Shown here: piece by piece, positions 40,270 to 51,171 of the stretch
Numbering within the stretch: the stretch's first letter is position 1
How the letters are laid out: each line of letters opens with the position of its first letter
NCBI GenBank assembly: GCA_965222225.1
Contig: CBDCTK010000002.1
Span: 416,001 to 480,000, forward strand
Length of the DNA stretch: 64,000 bases
Direction of reading: 5' to 3'
Origin: Candidatus Poribacteria bacterium
GTDB lineage: Bacteria > Poribacteria > WGA-4E > JAJDTR01
Notes under the pieces: model-generated
The model's database searches: none
What the model saw: the letters and a program-made list of their open reading frames with translations, nothing else
Told to the model about the DNA's origin: nothing
Position numbers and translations under genes: made by a program

Positions 40270-42432
40270 TTAATCTAGTCGCCGAAGCCAGTCCTGAATC
40301 CCTGCTTCGACGCTGTGATTTCCTTGCTGCTTCGCCAATTTCAGCGCAATGTTTAGATCTTGCTTTGCCCCGTGAACTTGGTTGAGGGTGTACTTTGACA
40401 AGCCGCGATTCTTGTAGGCTGGGGCAAAGTCAGGATTAAGCCGGATGGCGATATCGTAATCGGCGATGGCAGCCGAAAATTGGTTCAAGGCGGTTTTCGA
40501 AGCGCCTCGATTCAAGTAACCGGCAGCATCTTCCGGGTCGAGGCGAATCGCGATGTCGTAGTCCGAGATTGCTGCGAAGTGTTGTTCTAGGTCTAGTTTG
40601 GCATTTCCCCGATTGAAGTAGGCGGAGGAATCCTCCGGGTCGATGCGGATTGCAGAGTCATAGTCGGCGATAGCATCAAAGTTTCGCCCCAAAAGGTTTT
40701 TCGCTCTACCGCGTTGTATGTAAACGTAGGCATCGTTTGGATTGAGTCGGAGGGCTGTGTCATAATCAGCGATTGCGGCGTCAATTTGATTCAATTCTTC
40801 CTTTGTTTTCCCACGCCGCTCGTAAGCGTAGGAATAGTTTAGATTAAGGCGGATGGCTGTATCATAGTCAGCGATTGCGGCGTCAAATTGATTGAGTTCC
40901 TCTTTCGCGTTCCCACGTTGCACGTAAGCATAGGCATTGTTTGGATTGAGTCGGATGGCCGTGTCATAGTCAGCGATGGCGGCGTCAAATCGACTGAGTT
41001 GCTCCTTTACCCACCCACACCACAAGTAAGTTGTAGCTTCATTTGGATTGAGTCGGATGGCTGTGCCATAGTCAGCGATGGCCGCATCAAATTGATTGAG
41101 TTTCTTCTTTGCGTGCCCGCGTTGTACGTAAACGTAGGCATCGTTTGGATTGAGTCGGATGGCTGTGTCATAATCAGCGATGGCGGCGTCAATTTGATTC
41201 AATTCTTCCTTTGCGTTCCCACGTCGCTCGTAAACGTAGGCATCGTTTGGATTAAGTCGGATGGCTGTGTCATAATCAGCGATAGCCGCATCAAGTTGAT
41301 TGATTTTCTCTCTTGCGTCCCCACGTCGCTCGTAAGCGTAGGCATAGGTTGGATTAAGTCGGATGGCTGTGTCATAATCAGCGATGGCGGCGTCAATTTG
41401 ATTGATTTTCTCTCTTGCGTATCCGCGCCACACGTAAGTTGTGGCATCTTTTGGATTGAGGCGGATGGCTGTATCATAGTCAGCGATTGCGGCGTCAAAT
41501 TGGTTGAGTTTCTCTTTTGCGTGCCCGCGCCTCACGTAAGCGTAGGCATCTTTTGGATTGAGGCGAATGGCTGTATTATAGTCATCCACGGCGCTAGTGT
41601 ATTGCCCCAAAGAGTGCTTCGCCTGCCCACGCATGGTATAGAGAACAGGATTGTCAGGACTTAAACGTATCGCTTTAGCTAAATCGACAATCGCCCCATT
41701 ATAGTCCCCCAGTCGAAACTTCTCCCAACCTCTTTGTCGGAAAGTATCGGCAGATGTCGTTTGTTTCGAATACAACATCGGCTTAGTCTGGCGAGAGCGT
41801 GTGAGCAACTCCCTCAGCGAGTTGGATGGTATCGCAAAATTGAGATTTTGCCCAAAACGTGGGCTGAACGTTGACACGGAAACGCCAATGACTTCGCCGC
41901 TGGTGTTGAGCACGGGACCGCCGCTGCTGCCGGGGGAGATCGGGGCAGTCATCTGGAGGCGTTCAATTCCGTAAGTGTTACGCCGGCTACTAACAATTCC
42001 GTCAGAAAACGTGCCGTCAAAGCCTAGGGGATTGCCTGCGACGTAGACGGTTTGTCCAATTTGAACCTTGTCGCTATCGCCGAGGGAAAGTGGGATGACG
42101 CCGTGAATCGTGACTCTGAGGAGTGCGAGGTCGTTGATTTCATCGGTGCCAGCGAGGCCTTCGATAGGGTATGCGGTGCCTTTGTTGACTAGTGTTGCGA
42201 AGCCCTTCGCGGCGCTGTCAATAACGTGGAAGTTCGTGGCGATGAGGTTGGCGGTCACGAAGAACCCGCTGCCTTGACCGAGCGTAACGCCGTTTTCGTC
42301 CTGTACCTCCAGGGAAACAGTTGCGCCTAGTGCTTTTTCGGCGAGTTGCGGCACCGACCGAGATGAGGCATGGGTCAGTAGGGATAGGAGTAGGACGAGC
42401 AGGACCGTGACTAATCTAATCTGAAAACGCAT
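40270..42432 (-). CDS. Secreted trypsin-like serine protease with about 14 TPR repeats
   Basis: Signal peptide; triad TNFHV / DLALL / GSSGGP; 34-aa repeats AIADYDTAIRLNP. Confidence 0.93.
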   Translation of the reverse strand: MRFQIRLVTVLLVLLLSLLTHASSRSVPQLAEKALGATVSLEVQDENGVTLGQGSGFFVTANLIATNFHVIDSAAKGFATLVNKGTAYPIEGLAGTDEINDLALLRVTIHGVIPLSLGDSDKVQIGQTVYVAGNPLGFDGTFSDGIVSSRRNTYGIERLQMTAPISPGSSGGPVLNTSGEVIGVSVSTFSPRFGQNLNFAIPSNSLRELLTRSRQTKPMLYSKQTTSADTFRQRGWEKFRLGDYNGAIVDLAKAIRLSPDNPVLYTMRGQAKHSLGQYTSAVDDYNTAIRLNPKDAYAYVRRGHAKEKLNQFDAAIADYDTAIRLNPKDATTYVWRGYAREKINQIDAAIADYDTAIRLNPTYAYAYERRGDAREKINQLDAAIADYDTAIRLNPNDAYVYERRGNAKEELNQIDAAIADYDTAIRLNPNDAYVYVQRGHAKKKLNQFDAAIADYGTAIRLNPNEATTYLWCGWVKEQLSRFDAAIADYDTAIRLNPNNAYAYVQRGNAKEELNQFDAAIADYDTAIRLNLNYSYAYERRGKTKEELNQIDAAIADYDTALRLNPNDAYVYIQRGRAKNLLGRNFDAIADYDSAIRIDPEDSSAYFNRGNAKLDLEQHFAAISDYDIAIRLDPEDAAGYLNRGASKTALNQFSAAIADYDIAIRLNPDFAPAYKNRGLSKYTLNQVHGAKQDLNIALKLAKQQGNHSVEAGIQDWLRRLD
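40730..41570 (-). repeat. 102-bp near-identical tandem TPR-coding repeats
   Basis: Recurrent ggattgagtcggatggctgtgtcataatcagcgatggcggcgtcaa at 102-bp period; boundaries approximate. Confidence 0.85.
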
Positions 42433-42603
42433 GGAAGATTCTCCCGGCGACAGTCAGAAATCTACATCAAGCAGGGGTTGTACATTGATGGGGTAAGGTG
42501 ATCTCTACTATATCATTTTCAGTGGCGGATTTCAATGATGAAAGCGATTTTGGTTTGGAAATCGTGAGTAAGGCGGTGGAGAGAGGTGGGAGTGCTATCA
42601 CAC

Positions 42604-42702
42604 GGGATTATCTATCGCCTTCACTGAGAGATTTACTATCGCGGTCATTATCCATTCCCTTGAGGGATCTTCTATCGCCTTCGTTATCCACTCAGTTGAT
42701 CG
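42604..42702 (+). repeat. Cluster of ~35-bp CTATCGC micro-units
   Basis: Three GGGAT..CTATCGC heads; two complete units ending TTGA(T). Confidence 0.75.
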
Positions 42703-42796
42703 CTATTCGATATTCTCGAAGAGGGTGAGAGTCTCGGTGGTGCCCGGGAGCCTTCCCAGAGGGGCACCTTTGTGGTTGTTAAATCAAAAAAAAGGC

Positions 42797-42825
42797 TTGA
42801 CGTTTACGTTGTTAGGTTTTATAAT
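42797..42825 (+). promoter_or_regulatory. sigma-70 promoter
   Basis: TTGACG-17 bp-TATAAT. Confidence 0.72.
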
Positions 42826-42903
42826 TCATGTTATGAGACGTACCTTGTATTAGCGTGGTTTACTCATTTCACGTCACGAATTCAAAAAGAGAGGGCTATG
42901 ATA

Positions 42904-43920
42904 ATGGCGAAAAGGACTAGGAACAGGAAAAAGACAATCGAACTTAGAGACGATCAACTTATCTTTCGGTTTGCGGGAGTACACGAGGATGCGGAAGTCG
43001 AGATTGGATTCCAACGGACGCTGCGGATTCCGGACGACAACCGGGAACATTATCTCCCGCCGGGACTCGGTGAATTTCCGCTGAGCCGCGTGGACGACTA
43101 TCCGGATAACTTGCCGGATAGGTGGGCAGAACATGGAGGGGTATTCATCCCCATGTACCAAGCGGAAGCGCTGTGGATTAATTTTAGCGGCGACTATCCG
43201 ATGGCGGTGAAGATTGCGGCGGGGAAGGTGAACGCGGTGACCGGAGAGGCATGGGAGGAGGGACTCTCGGAGGTACCGCAGGACTACTTAGTGGTGCCGG
43301 GTCAACCGTGGTTGGACGGGTTTTGCGTGGAGAAGGGCTTGATTCGGCAGTTCGTGGCGATGCCGCTGGGAGAGGGTTATACGGTGGAAGAGCAGTTAAC
43401 CGGAGAGGCGGAACACGGCGGGCTTCAGATTGCCGTCTATCCGATGAAGACATCAATATACGAAGAGCGGCTACGCCAACGACTTGAAAGGCTTAAGGAT
43501 GGCGAGATTTCACCACGTAGGTCGCCACGTGGGTCGCCTGATATGGGGTTCGCGCCGGGAGGTCTTATGCGGCAGGAAATATATAAGGACCAACACGGTA
43601 TCGATGCGTGGGACACGTCGAACGGCTCACGTTGCTTCGTGCATATCGTCAATAGCGTTCAGCTCTTGCACTTGACGGGGTGCCAGCCGCCAAGTGAGCC
43701 GCCGACGGCTCAGAATTACACAAACGCGGGGCTGCCTTGGTACGATTACTACGGGGGCGATCTAAAGGAATTGCAAGGGGCAAAGGAGTTGACTGAGCTG
43801 GACAGTGTTGCTTCCGTTAAACTAAAGAAGGGTAAGGGATTCCTCCTGGACAACGATCCGGTGACGCCGTCGGTGGTGAAGAGGTTGAGCCGATCGATGG
43901 TCAGGGAGGGTGTGTTCTAA
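42904..43920 (+). CDS. Conserved hypothetical protein (FQRTLRIPDD...LPPGLG...QFVAMPLGEGYTVE)
   Basis: Long ORF with family-like motifs; start placed downstream of the predicted promoter. Confidence 0.75.
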   Translation: MAKRTRNRKKTIELRDDQLIFRFAGVHEDAEVEIGFQRTLRIPDDNREHYLPPGLGEFPLSRVDDYPDNLPDRWAEHGGVFIPMYQAEALWINFSGDYPMAVKIAAGKVNAVTGEAWEEGLSEVPQDYLVVPGQPWLDGFCVEKGLIRQFVAMPLGEGYTVEEQLTGEAEHGGLQIAVYPMKTSIYEERLRQRLERLKDGEISPRRSPRGSPDMGFAPGGLMRQEIYKDQHGIDAWDTSNGSRCFVHIVNSVQLLHLTGCQPPSEPPTAQNYTNAGLPWYDYYGGDLKELQGAKELTELDSVASVKLKKGKGFLLDNDPVTPSVVKRLSRSMVREGVF

Positions 43921-44136
43921 GAGCCTGTTTGAATAATCGGTGGCAAAGCCATTTTTGGTCATTTGTAGAAAGTTTTTTCATGTTTTCATTGTTGGCTGCT
44001 ACATACCTATGGGATTGCTATCGCCTTCGCTAACCACTCAGTTGATCGTTCGTTTGATCCCCGCTGGGGCTTTTAGAGGCTGGTGCGCAGTGGATCTCTA
44101 TCGCAGTCATTATTCATTCCTTTGATCGCACCCTAC
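43921..44136 (+). repeat. MITE-like repeat with a GTAG-REP, carrying two micro-unit insertions
   Basis: GAGCCTGTTTGAA end; shares GGCAAAG..ATTTTTG and TTTAGAGGCTGGTGCGC...CGCACCCTACAA with 52292-52487. Confidence 0.65.
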
Positions 44137-44254
44137 AAACTGTAGGTAACGACGTTCGTGTTGCCGTATTCACTTGGCGTGCCAGCTATGGACGGAAGGC
44201 TAGGACGGTCGATGAATATGGCAACGGAGGCGTAGGTCTGACGAGGGTTTTATC

Positions 44255-45202
44255 ATGAAACAGGCGAAGGAACTGGACACCGGTTTGCGAATCGCCTCGG
44301 GTACGGGTGAAGCGATTCGGGCGAACGTGTCGGACAACACGTTGAAGGCGTATGAGCACGCGACGCGCAAGCTGGAGGCGTGGCTAGAGGGACGCGGCCT
44401 TACCGATGCAGTGTTGGCGGAATATATCAGGTTTCTGCATGCAGAGGGGAAGTCGCCGGCTACAATCAATCTGGTCGTTTCCGCGGTGAAGTGGATGGCT
44501 GAGTACCGTGGGGCTGATACTGTGGTTGGGGATATCACGGCTCGGACAATGTCTGAAATCCGTGGAGAAGGTAAAGAACGGGCGCGCCGCCAGGTCGACG
44601 GGCTTACATGGGACGACGTGGAACGGGTGTGCGCGGCGGCGGAATCGTCAGATACAGCGGCAGGGATGCGCGATGCCGCCATGATAAGCCTGATGAGCGA
44701 TTGCCTGTTGCGCATCTCGGAGGCGGTCGCGGTCAATGTGGAGGATGTTAAAACCGAGGGACTTCAGGTGCGCGGCAAAAAAGCAGATGCGGAGAAGCGG
44801 GGCGAATTCCTGTATATCTGCGAATCGACACGGCGGTTGATAGAGCGGTATCGAAGGACAGCAGGGATTGAAGCGGGATCAAGCGACCGAATAGGGAGCG
44901 CGATAGGAAATCCCCTGTTCCGGAGGATACGCTTCCAGAATCATGTGACTGACGATCGGCTGGGCGTGAAGGGGGCACGAGAAGCGATACGGCGGCGGGC
45001 GGCGGAGGCGGGCGTGGAGGGATTGATTAGCGGGCATTCGCTTCGTATCGGTTCCGCGGTATCGCTTGCCGACGCCGGGGCAAGTGTGAAGGAGGTGCAA
45101 CGGGCGGGGCGGTGGCAGGACCCGACGATGCCGGCGCGGTATGTGAGGGAGGCGCCGGAGGAGGAGGGGAGTCCGGTGCAGAAGTATAAGGATGGGAAGT
45201 GA
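44255..45202 (+). CDS. Tyrosine recombinase/integrase (Cre-like)
   Basis: RDAA...LRISE, SGHSLRIG, GRW, ARY catalytic residues; N-terminal SAM-like domain. Confidence 0.9.
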   Translation: MKQAKELDTGLRIASGTGEAIRANVSDNTLKAYEHATRKLEAWLEGRGLTDAVLAEYIRFLHAEGKSPATINLVVSAVKWMAEYRGADTVVGDITARTMSEIRGEGKERARRQVDGLTWDDVERVCAAAESSDTAAGMRDAAMISLMSDCLLRISEAVAVNVEDVKTEGLQVRGKKADAEKRGEFLYICESTRRLIERYRRTAGIEAGSSDRIGSAIGNPLFRRIRFQNHVTDDRLGVKGAREAIRRRAAEAGVEGLISGHSLRIGSAVSLADAGASVKEVQRAGRWQDPTMPARYVREAPEEEGSPVQKYKDGK

Positions 45203-45283
45203 TAGGGCGAGAGCGGAATAGGATGAATTTGAACAGTATCGAATAGCGCCCTAACGGCGGTAGAGGGTTCGGGGCAAGATAAA

Positions 45284-45530
45284 GGACTTTCTATCGTACG
45301 CGATTTGCTATGGGAACTCTATCGCGTGGGATTTTCTATGGGATTCCTATCGCAGTCATTATCCATTCCTTTGATCGCTATTCGCTTGCTTGATCTTCTT
45401 ATTCAGTCGCTTGATCGGATTACGCAGATTTCACGGATTAGGATTGGCTAAGTGGTATCCCTTGTGGGATTGGGCTGAAAGAGATCTCGATAGGAGTTCT
45501 ATCGCCTTCACTATTCGTTCAGTTGATCGC
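45284..45530 (+). repeat. Multiply nested CTATCGC micro-units
   Basis: Several 5' halves (GGA..CTAT) followed by several 3' halves (TATTC...TTGATC); a further unit at 45493-45528. Confidence 0.7.
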
Positions 45531-45780
45531 GCGGGATTGGGCGAGGTTAGGGGGAGTTGGGTTTCGCTGTTGCCAAGCCAACCGACGGGCTGTCGCTTAA
45601 TCGAAGCGTATAGAGACGAAAAGGCATACACGTATTGCGCACGCGACAACCGTGGTAACGTAGGCGTAGGTGGAAAATGCGCCGAGAAATTGATAGGACG
45701 GTGGAACGGAAGGGAAAGAGTCCGAACCACTGAAGCAGCAGTGGTTGTCCCGCATTATACTGTAGTGGCCGACATAGGAT

Positions 45781-45972
45781 TTAATCATCTTTGTTACGGA
45801 CAATATTGATGAACCACGCTACTACGCCAAAAACAAGAAGGGCAGCAATGAGTCCAAATATAGCGCCGGTAACGACACTAGCGACTCCATGGAGTCCGCT
45901 GAACAAATCCTTGGCCCAAGAAGCGCCAAAGATTAATCCAATTATACCTATCACTATGAGCCAGAAACACAT
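45781..45972 (-). CDS. Small two-TM membrane protein
   Basis: RBS AAAGGAGG; MCFWLIVIGIIGLIFG...; strongly hydrophobic. Confidence 0.6.
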   Translation of the reverse strand: MCFWLIVIGIIGLIFGASWAKDLFSGLHGVASVVTGAIFGLIAALLVFGVVAWFINIVRNKDD

Positions 45973-46676
45973 GAATAACCCTCCTTTCAATTGAGATTGG
46001 CCCCGTATTTGGAAGTAGCTGTCGCGGAACGACCTACTAGGACTAGGCAATACTCACTAATACCCTAGATATTTGTTATTCCAAACCTAACGCGTAAAGA
46101 CTAAATGGCCGTATGTGCAAGACGCGTGAATTCGGTCGTCTAAATTAGCAAGGATTTCTATTACAAGTGGAAACTCTGACGGGCTTGAATTCTCGAAATG
46201 TAAAGTAACCCGAAGACAATCTCTTTTAAGACTGCCAGCGACGATTGGCGGGGCCAATTCTGGCGCGCCGTTGCTCTGGCGATATTCCGAAATATAGATG
46301 TTTCCCCCCAAGAGGCGCTTCATTGTTTTGACTGAATCAAGCCAGAGTTTGAAGTTGAAATGTGTCTCATAGACTTGGATTCACACTATCAACAACCTAC
46401 TGCGATATTGTAAAACTCGCAGCAGAATGTATCATGCCCAAAAACAATACTGAATGCCATCATTATGAGTTGAGGGTTAGGTACTTAGCGTCATTGGGGT
46501 AGGGTAGTTCTGCTAGACGCATTGTATTCGCGGCGGCTATTCCTCATCGCAAGTTTTCAGCCAAACCCAGTCGAGTTATCGCTATCCATTCGGTTGAACG
46601 GTCAATTGGAGGCACCCAATGACTATGCCATTTTTTGTTTTTTGGTTCGCCTATTGTAGACGTTAGCAAAGCGTGC

Positions 46677-49354
46677 TTAGGGTCGTTCAAGTCTTCGCAA
46701 CTGCTTCTCGATACTCGCTCTAAGGTCCTGGTCCTGTGGGCGTGTCGCGAGTCTTAAGGCATTCTTAAAATCCACGGTCGCCGACTGCGTTCGATTTAAC
46801 AGCGTCCACGCCAATCCCCGGTTAAAATAGGTTGTGGCATTGTTGGGATTCAGGCGGATCGCATCGTCGTAATCAGCTATAGCAGCAGCGTAACGGCCTA
46901 ATTTAGCTTTCTCAACTCCCCTATGGATATAGGCTTTGACATAGGTAGGATTGAACTGGATTGCCTGGTTGTAGTCGGCTATTGCGGCAACGTGTCGGCC
47001 TAGCCTACTCTTGATAACACCCCGATCGTAATAGGATAAGGCATCAATGGGATTCAAGCGGATGGCCTCGTCGAAATCGGCGATCGCGTCAGAATGCCGA
47101 CCAACATTGCCTTTAGCAAGCCCCCGATTGTAATATGCATCGGCAAACTTTGGATTCCGGCGGATGGCCTCATCGAAATTAACAATCGCGGCGGAGGCAC
47201 GACCTACATTACCGTAAGCAACGCCCCGATTGTAATAGGCTTCGGCATAATTCGGATTTAAGCGGATTCCCGCGTCGAGATCGGTTATCGCGGCGTTGTA
47301 TTTACCTAACTTCGCATTGTTTACTGCCCGATTGTAGTAGGCTTCGACATATTTGGGATTCAGGCGGATAGCCTCACCGAAATCGGCTATCGCCTCGGAG
47401 GCACGACCTACATTACCGTAAGCAACGCCCCGATTGTAATAGGCTTCGGCATATTTGGAATTCAGACTTATGGAAGCGTCGAGATCGGCTATCGCGGCGT
47501 AATATTGGCCTAACCTCGCCTTGCTAACCGCCCGATTGTAATAGGACAATGCATGATCGGGATTGAGGCGGAGTACTTCATTGTAGTCGGAAATGGCCGC
47601 CGCGTGTTGGCCCATGTTTTCCTTAGCTAGTCCCCGATAAAAGTAAACCCCGGCGGAGGAAGGATTGAGACGAATTGCCTCATCGAAGTCAACAATCGCG
47701 GCGGAGGCACGACCTAGTTGAGCCTTGACAATTCCTCGATTGTAATAGGCTTCCGCGTCAGAAGAGTTGAGGCGGATGGCACAGTCGTAATCAGCAATCG
47801 CTTCCGTGTTTCGTCCCAATTGCCGCATGGCATATGCGCGATTGATAAAAGTATCGGCATCGTTGGAATTAAGACGGATAGCTTCGTCGTAATCAGCAGT
47901 GGCCTCAGAGTATCGCCCCAATTGGCTCTTGGCGTATCCGCGATTGACGTAAACTTCGGCATCGTGCGGAGCTAGGCGAATTGCAACGTCAAAATCGGAG
48001 ATTGCAAACGCGTGCCTACCATTTGACGCTTAAAAATTCCACGCATGAAGTAAGTGTCAGCATTGTTGGGATCTAGGCGGAGGACAGTGTCAAAATCGGA
48101 AAGCGCGGCAGAATATAGGCCTAAGTGACCATTAACAGTTCCCCGATTGTAATAGGCATCGGATAATTTGGGATTCAAGCGGATGGCGGTGTCGAAATCC
48201 GCTAGTGCCGCAGAGTATCGGTCCAATTGAAGGTTGACGACCCCACGATTATAGTGGGCAGCGACATAATCAGGGTTGAGTCGGAGGGCAGCATCAAAGT
48301 CGGAAACCGCAGCGGTGTATTGGCCTAATTCAGCCTTAGTCACTCCCCGATTGTAATAGGCAGCGACATAATCGGGGTTGAGTCGGAGGGCAGCATCAAA
48401 ATCGGAAACCGCAGCGGTGTATTGACCTAATTCAGCCCTAGCCATTCCCCGTTTGTGGTAGGCAGCGGCAGAGTCGGGGCTGAGACGGAGAGTGGCGTCG
48501 AAATCAGCGATGGCAGCGGAATTCTGGCGCGACTTTAGTTTAGCGTCGCCGCGATTGACATAGGTTAATGCTTCATTCGGATTGTTGTGAACGGAGCGGG
48601 TTGACCCCTGAGATGTCCGGTTGCGATCGCCGAATCCTGATGTCTCATCACCCCGATGGTCGGATTTAACGGCAGGTGTAAGATCTTTGCGTCGCAACAA
48701 CGGCTCTGCGCGCTCTGACTGCGTCAGGAACGTATTTAGCACATTTGATGGGATGGCAAAACTATGATATTGCCGTGAAATGGGATTGAAGGCTGAGGCG
48801 CACACACCAATCACTTCGCCCTTCCGATTGAGCACGGGACCGCCGCTGCTGCCGGGAGAAATCGGTGCGGACATCTGGAGGCGTTCTTTTCCGTCCGCAT
48901 TCCGCCGGCCACTGATAACCCCGGTTGAGAATGTGCCGTCAAAGCCTAGGTGATTGCCCGCAACGTACACGGTTTGGCCTATTTGAACCCTAGTGCTATC
49001 GCCTAGTAGAAGCGGCGTGACACCGTGAATGGTAACTTTGAGGAGTGCGAGGTCGTTAATTTTATCGGCGGCAGTGAGGCCTTCGATAGGGTATGCGGAC
49101 TCTTTGTTGGCCAGTCTTGCGATTACCTTCGTGGCGCCGTCAATGACGTGAAAATTCGTGGCAATGAGGTTGGCGCGGACGAAAAAGCCACTGCCTTGAC
49201 GGAGTGACACGCCGTTTCCGTCTTTTACCTCCAAGGAAACAGTTGCGGCGAGCGCTTGTTCTGCGAGTTGCCGCACAGACTGGGATGAAGCATGGCTCAG
49301 TAGGCTGAGGGGTAGGGCGAGAAGGAATGCGACTAATTTAATCTGATAACGCAT
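46677..49354 (-). pseudogene. Second trypsin-TPR protein, single-base frameshift near 48020
   Basis: Paralogue of 40270-42432 including its upstream region; restoring one G in ATG G[G]T AGG joins the ORFs and recovers TPR register (MGRHAFAISDFDVAIRLAP). Confidence 0.85.
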
Positions 49355-49795
49355 GGATGATTCTCCTGGTGACAGGCAGAACATCTGCTAGTAGCAGGGC
49401 TTCGTTTGGATGCGGTAAGGTCTGTATCATTATATCATTTTCATCTGTAGTCTTCAATGATGAAAGCGATTCTGGCTTGGATTTCGTTGGGACTCTTATC
49501 GGGGTTCGATTTTTTACGGGACCTTTTCAAACAGAGTCGGGGCAAGATGCCCCTCCGACAGATGGATTGATCGGTAGAAGGTCCGAATCCTAATTTGGTG
49601 AGTTGATGGTAATCTGAGAATTGGAGGGCACGGGTGCTGTCCCTTACAGTATGCGATGTGGGTGACAAGCGGTCCTGGGTCAGGCGATCGCGGTGATTCG
49701 TTGACATTTACTGTTGAAGTTCAGGAGGACGTTAGCGTATCGCGTCACTGACACGGATCGCACGCTGCGGGAGTGCGGTATGAAAGGATGAAAAC

Positions 49796-50377
49796 ATGCA
49801 AACGAAAGAGCGGCTGTATGCGGTAATCGGCGGTATTGTTGGGGCTGTAGTGACGTTGGCGGTGTGTTCGTTCGCTCCGCTTGGAGCGCACAGCCAATCG
49901 GACGGCAGTTTTGATGTGGTAACTTGTAGAGAGTTGAAGGTGGTTGATTCAGAGGGCAATCACCATGTTTTCATTAGCAGCGAAGAACATGGAGGAAGTA
50001 TCGGAGTATATGGGGAGAAGGGTGTAGCGTTGATGACCATTGATGAACATGGTGGCCGGGTCAATGTTTCGGGCAATAGATGTGGGGCGTGGATGTCCAT
50101 CGGCGGGCACGGCGGATTCGTGACTGTTTATAACAAGGGCGGAAAGAATGGAGACGGAGCAATGATGAGCGTAAATGAACATGGTGGGATGGTCTGGGCT
50201 TATAGCGGGGGGAATCCTAAGGCGACGATGGACATCGATGAAAACGGTGGGCGAGTGAACGTTGCCGGCAAGGGCAGCCAAACGTCACAAGCGAGCATGG
50301 CGGTGACTTCTTCCGGGAGCGGCGGGGTGTTCACGTGGGATAGGAACGGGAGACGGTTGCATAAATTGGGGGACTGA
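49796..50377 (+). CDS. Secreted/anchored Gly-rich beta-repeat protein
   Basis: N-terminal hydrophobic segment; CRELKVVDSEGN; repeats of about 20-23 aa (D/N)E(H/N)GGxVxV. Confidence 0.7.
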   Translation: MQTKERLYAVIGGIVGAVVTLAVCSFAPLGAHSQSDGSFDVVTCRELKVVDSEGNHHVFISSEEHGGSIGVYGEKGVALMTIDEHGGRVNVSGNRCGAWMSIGGHGGFVTVYNKGGKNGDGAMMSVNEHGGMVWAYSGGNPKATMDIDENGGRVNVAGKGSQTSQASMAVTSSGSGGVFTWDRNGRRLHKLGD

Positions 50378-50467
50378 ATTTTCGATTAGATGGCGGCATG
50401 CCCGCGCGAAACCGCCGTGGCGGGGGCTATCGCTCGGTTCAAAGAGGGCAGATAAAGGAGGACTATT

Positions 50468-50932
50468 GTGAAATACGGAGAGAGACTGGGATATATTGCG
50501 GTAGGCGGGTTATTGATGCTCGTGGGCATGTTGGCGGCTAACCTAACGCCGCTCACGGCGCAGAGGGATTCCTTCGGCGAGATAACGTGCACAGGGCTGA
50601 GGGTGGTTGATTCAGAAGGCAACCAGAGGGTCAGCCTCATGGGGTATCCGGAAGGGGGAATTGTTGCCGCGTGTGACTCAAACGGTAATCTACGCACAAG
50701 TCTCGTTGGTTTTGAAGAGGGAGGAAAGATTGTCGTATCGAAAAAAAACCTCGAAGAGTGTGTTACTATAGGCATCAATGAAAACGGTGGACAAATCGTC
50801 ATTTTCGACAAAGACGGTAAGGACCGTGTGGCGATGTGGAGTACCAAGGATGGCGGGCAGTTTGTGGTCTATGGGAAAGATGGCAAGCCGCGTGGGGACA
50901 TAGGCGTCAATGAATATGGCAAGGCGAAATAA
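50468..50932 (+). CDS. Paralogous Gly-rich beta-repeat protein
   Basis: RBS AAGGAGG; CTGLRVVDSEGN; 22-aa xxGGxIxxxxxxG repeats. Confidence 0.7.
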   Translation: MKYGERLGYIAVGGLLMLVGMLAANLTPLTAQRDSFGEITCTGLRVVDSEGNQRVSLMGYPEGGIVAACDSNGNLRTSLVGFEEGGKIVVSKKNLEECVTIGINENGGQIVIFDKDGKDRVAMWSTKDGGQFVVYGKDGKPRGDIGVNEYGKAK

Positions 50933-51171
50933 GCACTTGGGACAGGAAGGGTAATCGTTTAGCAACTTTGAAGTGACGGGGGAGTGAGCGGAAAGCTAGG
51001 TGACGGCGTGATATGGGGCAGGAGAGAGAAGTCCGGTCGAGGGATAAGAGTTGGAGGTGATGGGACGGATCAGGGCCGTCCCTTACATGGACCGGTGCGT
51101 ATTACTAAAGGGACATCAGGAATCCGATGATTGGCAATCCTGCCTCTATGCAGGATTGCGCTCCCCCGAAA

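Noticed and set aside
40888-41664. 258-aa repetitive + strand ORF
   Set aside because: Antisense shadow of the TPR repeats.
42604-45530. CTATCGC ~35-bp units as a CRISPR array
   Set aside because: No regular repeat-spacer period; copies are diverged, nested and dispersed; no cas genes in the window.
40270-49354. Diversity-generating retroelement acting on the TPR arrays
   Set aside because: No reverse transcriptase in the window, no non-coding template repeat seen, and differences are not adenine-specific.
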